The translations under genes were made by a program, and so were the position numbers. DNA of 63,787 nucleotides, counting the filler, from Olpidium bornovanus S191 (taxonomy: Eukaryota; Fungi; Olpidiomycota): the NCBI GenBank assembly GCA_017911155.1. It is 28 parts of 28 records of this genome, joined end to end, with 100 filler letters (N's around TTAATTAATTAA, not from the genome) between each part and the next. Parts side by side here need not be neighbours in the genome. Positions count along the whole stretch, not along the records: positions 59,191 to 60,489 come from JAEFCI010008272.1; positions 60,590 to 62,005 come from JAEFCI010002897.1; positions 62,106 to 63,787 come from JAEFCI010013104.1; 25 more parts are not named here. One strand, given 5' to 3'. This document shows, in pieces, positions 60,090 through 63,787 of the stretch (position 1 is the first letter of the stretch; each line of letters starts with the position of its first letter). The notes under the pieces were generated by a model, which worked only from the letters and a program-made list of their open reading frames with translations, was not told where the DNA came from and searched no databases.

Positions 60090-60441
60090 CCAAAGGCTGC
60101 GGTATCTGAAAGCGTATACACTTTACGCAGCGCTCGAGGAGGTGGAAATCAAAAGCCGCGTTGGGAAGCAAAACGGGAACGCTGATTCTGGTGAGGGACC
60201 GGTTGTCAGCCCGGACAGCAGCTGTTTCTTGAGGAGGACGCGGTCCGCAGGCCCGGGGCGGAAAGGAAATGGCGGGCTACTTTTTGTTGATCATCGGGCC
60301 GAAAATGTCAGCCCACAGACTTCTGAAAAGCCTCTCCTTCTCGGAGGCAAAGCAGTATCTGGAGAATTGTGGTCTGGACATGCTTGACCTCACGGTTTCC
60401 GACCTTGAAGAGCACGCGAAGCGTAATTTGCTGGCCGAGGT
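60090..60441 (+). CDS. Two spliced exons of an unidentified helical protein
   Basis: GLQRLRYLKAYTLYAALEEVEIKSRVGKQNGNADS | AHRLLKSLSFSEAKQYLENCGLDMLDLTVSDLEEHAKRNLLAE joins in frame across a GTGAGG...CAG intron. Confidence 0.55.
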
Positions 60442-61690
60442 GTGCTAGACGTTTCCCGCCTGTCCATCACGCCGTTTCGGGTCCCATCCNNNNNNNNNNN
60501 NNNNNNNNNNNNNNNNNNNNNNNNNNNNNNNNNTTAATTAATTAANNNNNNNNNNNNNNNNNNNNNNNNNNNNNNNNNNNNNNNNNNNNCATGCCCGCCC
60601 GCGCACGCGCGCTGCGTGGAACAGAGCGCAATTTTCCGGTCGTTTCCTGGGGCTTCAGCGGGGTGCTGCTCTCCGCTGCTACTTCCGCTCAGCACCGTGA
60701 AGAGCCCGACCCAGCCGGTTGGCGGCCACCCCCGTCCTCAACGCGTCTCGACACGCACTGCCTGCCATCGGTCTGCGATCTGACGCCCTCCCGCGGGGGG
60801 ACGCTACGGACGAACGCGTCTTTCGCCGCTAACCGTAAGACCCAAAATGTCGTTTGGGATCTGACACCAAGGAAATTCTGGAGGTGTCCCCAGAATGGGA
60901 TACCCCGTCCGAAAGGGCGCTGGAGTAATCACATCCGCGGCGGTAGTAGCGGCGGCGGGTTGAGCAGGCGAAGACAATGAGCGCAAAGCAAATTCTTGAC
61001 ATTCGAACTATCGCTATGTTTACTGCCGGCGTTACCCGCTCCGGCGAGCCCCGCTCGAAAGGGCATTTTTGCCGTTCTTCCTTTACCCCCACCTCCCCCA
61101 TCCCCCGCCACCCCCACCCCGCTCCCCGACGCTTGCTTGCGCGGTCGGTTTCGGCGACACCCGGCGGCATCGCGTGGCGTGACTGCGCAACGTCTGGTCC
61201 CCACCAGAACGGTTAATTGTTTCAATTTGAAATCGCTTTCTGCAAGGAGAGCTTTTATGATGGTGGCCCGTGGCGTTCCGTTGGAATAAACATATATAAC
61301 AAAAAGCCAGGCCGCGGGGGCTGGGTATATTTGGGATCCTGCGTCAGTGGAAAAAGGGAGAGGGAGGAAGGGAGAAGGGGTGGACGGCGAGTTGGACAGA
61401 GTAGTCAAGTGTTGCATACTAACGGATGGCGAAAGTAGTAGATCTCGTATGACGAAACCAAGGAAAGAAATAAATTGCCTTCGCAAATGACTAAAATTTT
61501 TTCTTCGCCTCCGCCTAAAGGAAGTGGGAAGAGAAAGGGGGAAAATCCTGCTTTCTGAAGCTGCGTTGTCGTCCATCCGCAAAGGCAAGAGGCCTTTTCC
61601 CGCTCCTTGCCCTTCTTCCACCTCCCCCCGAGCGTCCGGAGGAAATCCGCAGAATTTTTAAAAAATTTCTCCCACGGCCCAGCTGGATCG

Positions 61691-62005
61691 TCAGAACCCC
61701 AGCGTGTTGAATTTGCCGCGCTTCGCGCGCGCCAGGGCGTTCAGCTCCGTCTGGGGACTGACGAGGTTCGCGGCGAAGAGCGCGATGGAAATGGAGATGC
61801 TCGAGAGCAGCACGGTGGTGGCGAGGCTGACTCCCGTATTCTCGATTGCCGAGACCGACAGCACGGAGGAGAATCCCATCACCGCCATGGCGCCCTGCAA
61901 AAGGGGACGGAAGGGGAACCGGGCAGGGGGAAGAAGGCGCGAAGACGAAATACAGTCTGTCCGTAAGCATCGAGAACAGGCGGTTGTAGAACTGAAATTT
62001 CTCCC
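61691..62005 (-). CDS. C-terminal exons of an unidentified membrane protein
   Basis: After a strong pyrimidine/CAG acceptor: GAMAVMGFSSVLSVSA...VSLATTVLLSSISISIALFAANLV...RAKRGKFNTLGF*, two hydrophobic segments and a basic tail. Confidence 0.45.
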   Translation of the reverse strand, partial: GRNFSSTTACSRCLRTDCISSSRLLPPARFPFRPLLQGAMAVMGFSSVLSVSAIENTGVSLATTVLLSSISISIALFAANLVSPQTELNALARAKRGKFNTLGF

Positions 62006-62156
62006 NNNNNNNNNNNNNNNNNNNNNNNNNNNNNNNNNNNNNNNNNNNNTTAATTAATTAANNNNNNNNNNNNNNNNNNNNNNNNNNNNNNNNNNNNNNN
62101 NNNNNCGGGGGGGGGTTGGGGGGGGGGGGGGGGGGCGCCGGGGTTTTTCCCCCCCC

Positions 62157-62197
<41 letters not shown>

Positions 62198-62264
62198 AAG
62201 CCGACTTCGCGGCGGACCCGAACCGCTGCAACGAGCAGTTCCAGTTCCAGCAAAAGTGCAGGTG

Positions 62265-62366
62265 GTTACGGTCACGTGGCGTACGTGTTACGGTCACGTG
62301 GGTAAGCGTTACAGTCACGTGGCCTTAGTGTTACGGTCACGTGGCTAAATTGTGACGGTCACGTGG
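62265..62366 (+). promoter_or_regulatory. Array of five GTCACGTGG (E-box / Cbf1-type) sites about 90 bp upstream of the Rab escort protein ATG
   Basis: CACGTG at 62273, 62295, 62316, 62338, 62360 (spacing 22, 21, 22, 22), in the shared context (GTT/GTG)AC(G/A)GTCACGTGG. Confidence 0.75.
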
Positions 62367-62453
62367 CGTGACGCCAAAAGCGAAAGAAACTCCTGTAGAC
62401 CCTAACCTAACGGTTCGGGAAAAAAAAAAGCCCAGAAATCCTGCGGGGGAAGA

Positions 62454-63787
62454 ATGGCGGCCGACCTCCACCCGGCCGCCGCGGCAAACTTAAGCGCCTC
62501 GCGTGACTGGAGACCAGACGGCAAGTGCCCCGCCGCTGACGGAGCGCTGACGGAGGAGGCGGAAGGAGCAGTGGAGGTGGACGACGCTGGCGCCCGAAAT
62601 CGCGGCGACAGGACCAGCCCGGAAACGGACGACAACGCTTTCGATGTTGCGATTCTCGGGACGGGTGTGGTGGAAAGCATTTGCGCCGGGTGAGCAGAGA
62701 GGCGAAAGGCTGGTAACTATTTTGGTGCCGCCGTTCCAGGACTGCTCATGTCGCCCCTCTGACCGCAATCCCTGCTTCCCGGACAGCGCCTTCGCATGCG
62801 CTGGTAAAAGGGTGCTGCACCTTGATGGCAACGCGTATTACGGTGGGACGTGGAGCGCGTTTACCACCAAGGGTTGGCTGGAATGGGCCGTCGACTGCGC
62901 CAAAGGTTGGTTCAAGTGCGGTTCTGCTGCCAAGCGGGCATCCCTGCCACCCCCCTAGCCCTCACTCACAGCTCGACTTCGTCGTTGGACGCTTAACGCT
63001 CACATCCCCGTCTTTGCCGGTGAAAGGCGACCTGCTCAGGCAGCTTTGTCCACTGAACGAGCCGAAAGGTGAGCGACTTGTTTTGCGCTGCCGGTTACTT
63101 CCCGGAAAGCACGGCGCGACAACACTCGATGCGCGATCTCACAGCGCTCCGCTTTGGCTGAAAATGTTTTTTTTTAAAAAAAAAACAGCCTTCAAAGCAT
63201 CACACGTGAGCAATTTCACCGATTTCGCGTTTCCAACCGGGGGAGCGTGGTCGCTGCAGGTTCTACCGGAGACGACGCGGTCGGCGCTGGCGCATTTGAT
63301 CGACGGACATGGCTACACAGGCACGGCATTCTCCGCTGCGGAGGAGGAGATCGGCAGGGCTCTGCGGCAACGGCCCAATGCGTCTACGTTCGACCAGCTT
63401 TCCCAGCCGTCCCCGCACGAGGAAGACGTCTTGAGGTTGCAAGCCACCCTACTGTCTATTCAGCTGTTCACGGAACCGCGACCTCTGGCAGAAGCAGCCC
63501 CTGCCGCCAGCATGTCCCCTATGCTTTTGTGCGAGCCGGCCGTGTCGCGTCACTTCAACATCGATATTTGCCCCAAACTCGTCCGGTGCTGTGGGCCCAT
63601 GATCGACGCGCTCATATCGTCAAAGGTCGGTAACTACATGGAGTTCAAGGGCGTGGCTGCGACGTACATGTGTGCGGACGGCGGCGGCGACGTCGATGGG
63701 CAAGGTGCTGTTTTTTTGAAGGTCCCCGCGTCCAAGGAGGACGTATTCGCCAGCAAGACGGTAAGCCTGGTTGAGAAACGGCGCATC
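62454..63787 (+). CDS. Rab escort protein (REP/CHM/Mrs6, GDI superfamily), 3' end off-window
   Basis: FDVAILGTGVVESICAG | AFACAGKRVLHLDGNAYYGGTWSAF; SRHFNIDICPKLV...GPMIDALISSKVGNYMEFK; KVPASKEDVFASKTVSLVEKRR. The long N-terminal extension and inserts favour REP over GDI. Confidence 0.92.

Larger units (their letters stand above)
2140..62105. other. 27 artificial 100-bp contig spacers (N44 + TTAATTAATTAA + N44) starting at 2140, 5825, 9215, 10529, 12595, 14528, 15995, 19299, 20851, 25512, 27312, 29040, 31159, 32792, 33958, 35634, 39779, 41591, 44480, 45808, 48355, 52649, 54957, 57233, 59091, 60490, 62006
   Basis: Every gap has the same length and the same central 12-mer, which puts a stop codon in all six frames. 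Genes are cut at the gaps and do not resume after them. Confidence 0.98.

Noticed and set aside
61691-61900. Nuclear-encoded ATP synthase subunit c (ATP9)
   Set aside because: Two hydrophobic segments, but no RNP/RQP loop or conserved acidic residue pattern.
62265-62366. CRISPR-like repeat-spacer array
   Set aside because: Repeats are about 15 bp with 6-7 bp linkers, the context is eukaryotic and there are no cas genes.
1-63787. Operon or gene-cluster interpretation of neighbouring genes
   Set aside because: Genes sit on separate short contigs joined artificially; only linkage within a contig is evidence.

Overview
This window is eukaryotic and is not one continuous locus. It consists of 28 short contigs (about 1-4.6 kb each) joined by 27 identical artificial 100-bp spacers (Ns + TTAATTAATTAA + Ns), so gene order across spacers cannot be trusted. 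The DNA is GC-rich and intron-rich (GT-AG introns, mostly 60-200 nt). It carries fungal-type genes (PMT O-mannosyltransferase, MATA-type HMG box, fungal-like L36/L9/OTC) together with the flagellar IFT-A gene WDR35/IFT121. That combination points to a zoosporic early-diverging fungus; Olpidium-like is my inference and is not verified. Recognisable host genes, mostly partial: a RUS1/DUF647 protein, three Myb/SANT genes, an HMG-box factor, RPL36, RPL9, a PHD-finger protein, OTC/ARG3, a ZNFX1/SAD-3-like SF1 helicase, WDR35, PMT, RBM42, Y14/RBM8A, a PH-like protein and a Rab escort protein. There are also tRNA-Asp(GTC), tRNA-Asn(GTT) and a degenerate tRNA. A substantial part of the window is decayed Ty1/Copia and Ty3/Gypsy LTR retroelements plus an intron-containing DDE transposase. 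I did not find a demonstrably new multi-gene system. The best leads are: (i) a candidate sex-locus HMG gene co-occurring with a SAD-3/rnhA-like helicase, with linkage unproven; (ii) a helically phased array of five GTCACGTGG E-boxes ahead of the Rab escort gene; (iii) a single in-frame TGA inside an otherwise spliceable 3-repeat Myb gene; (iv) a tandem intron+exon duplication; (v) an apparently young Gypsy 5' end with a 5-bp periodic LTR and an Ile-type PBS. All identifications come from manual translation and motif recall; no database search was run.
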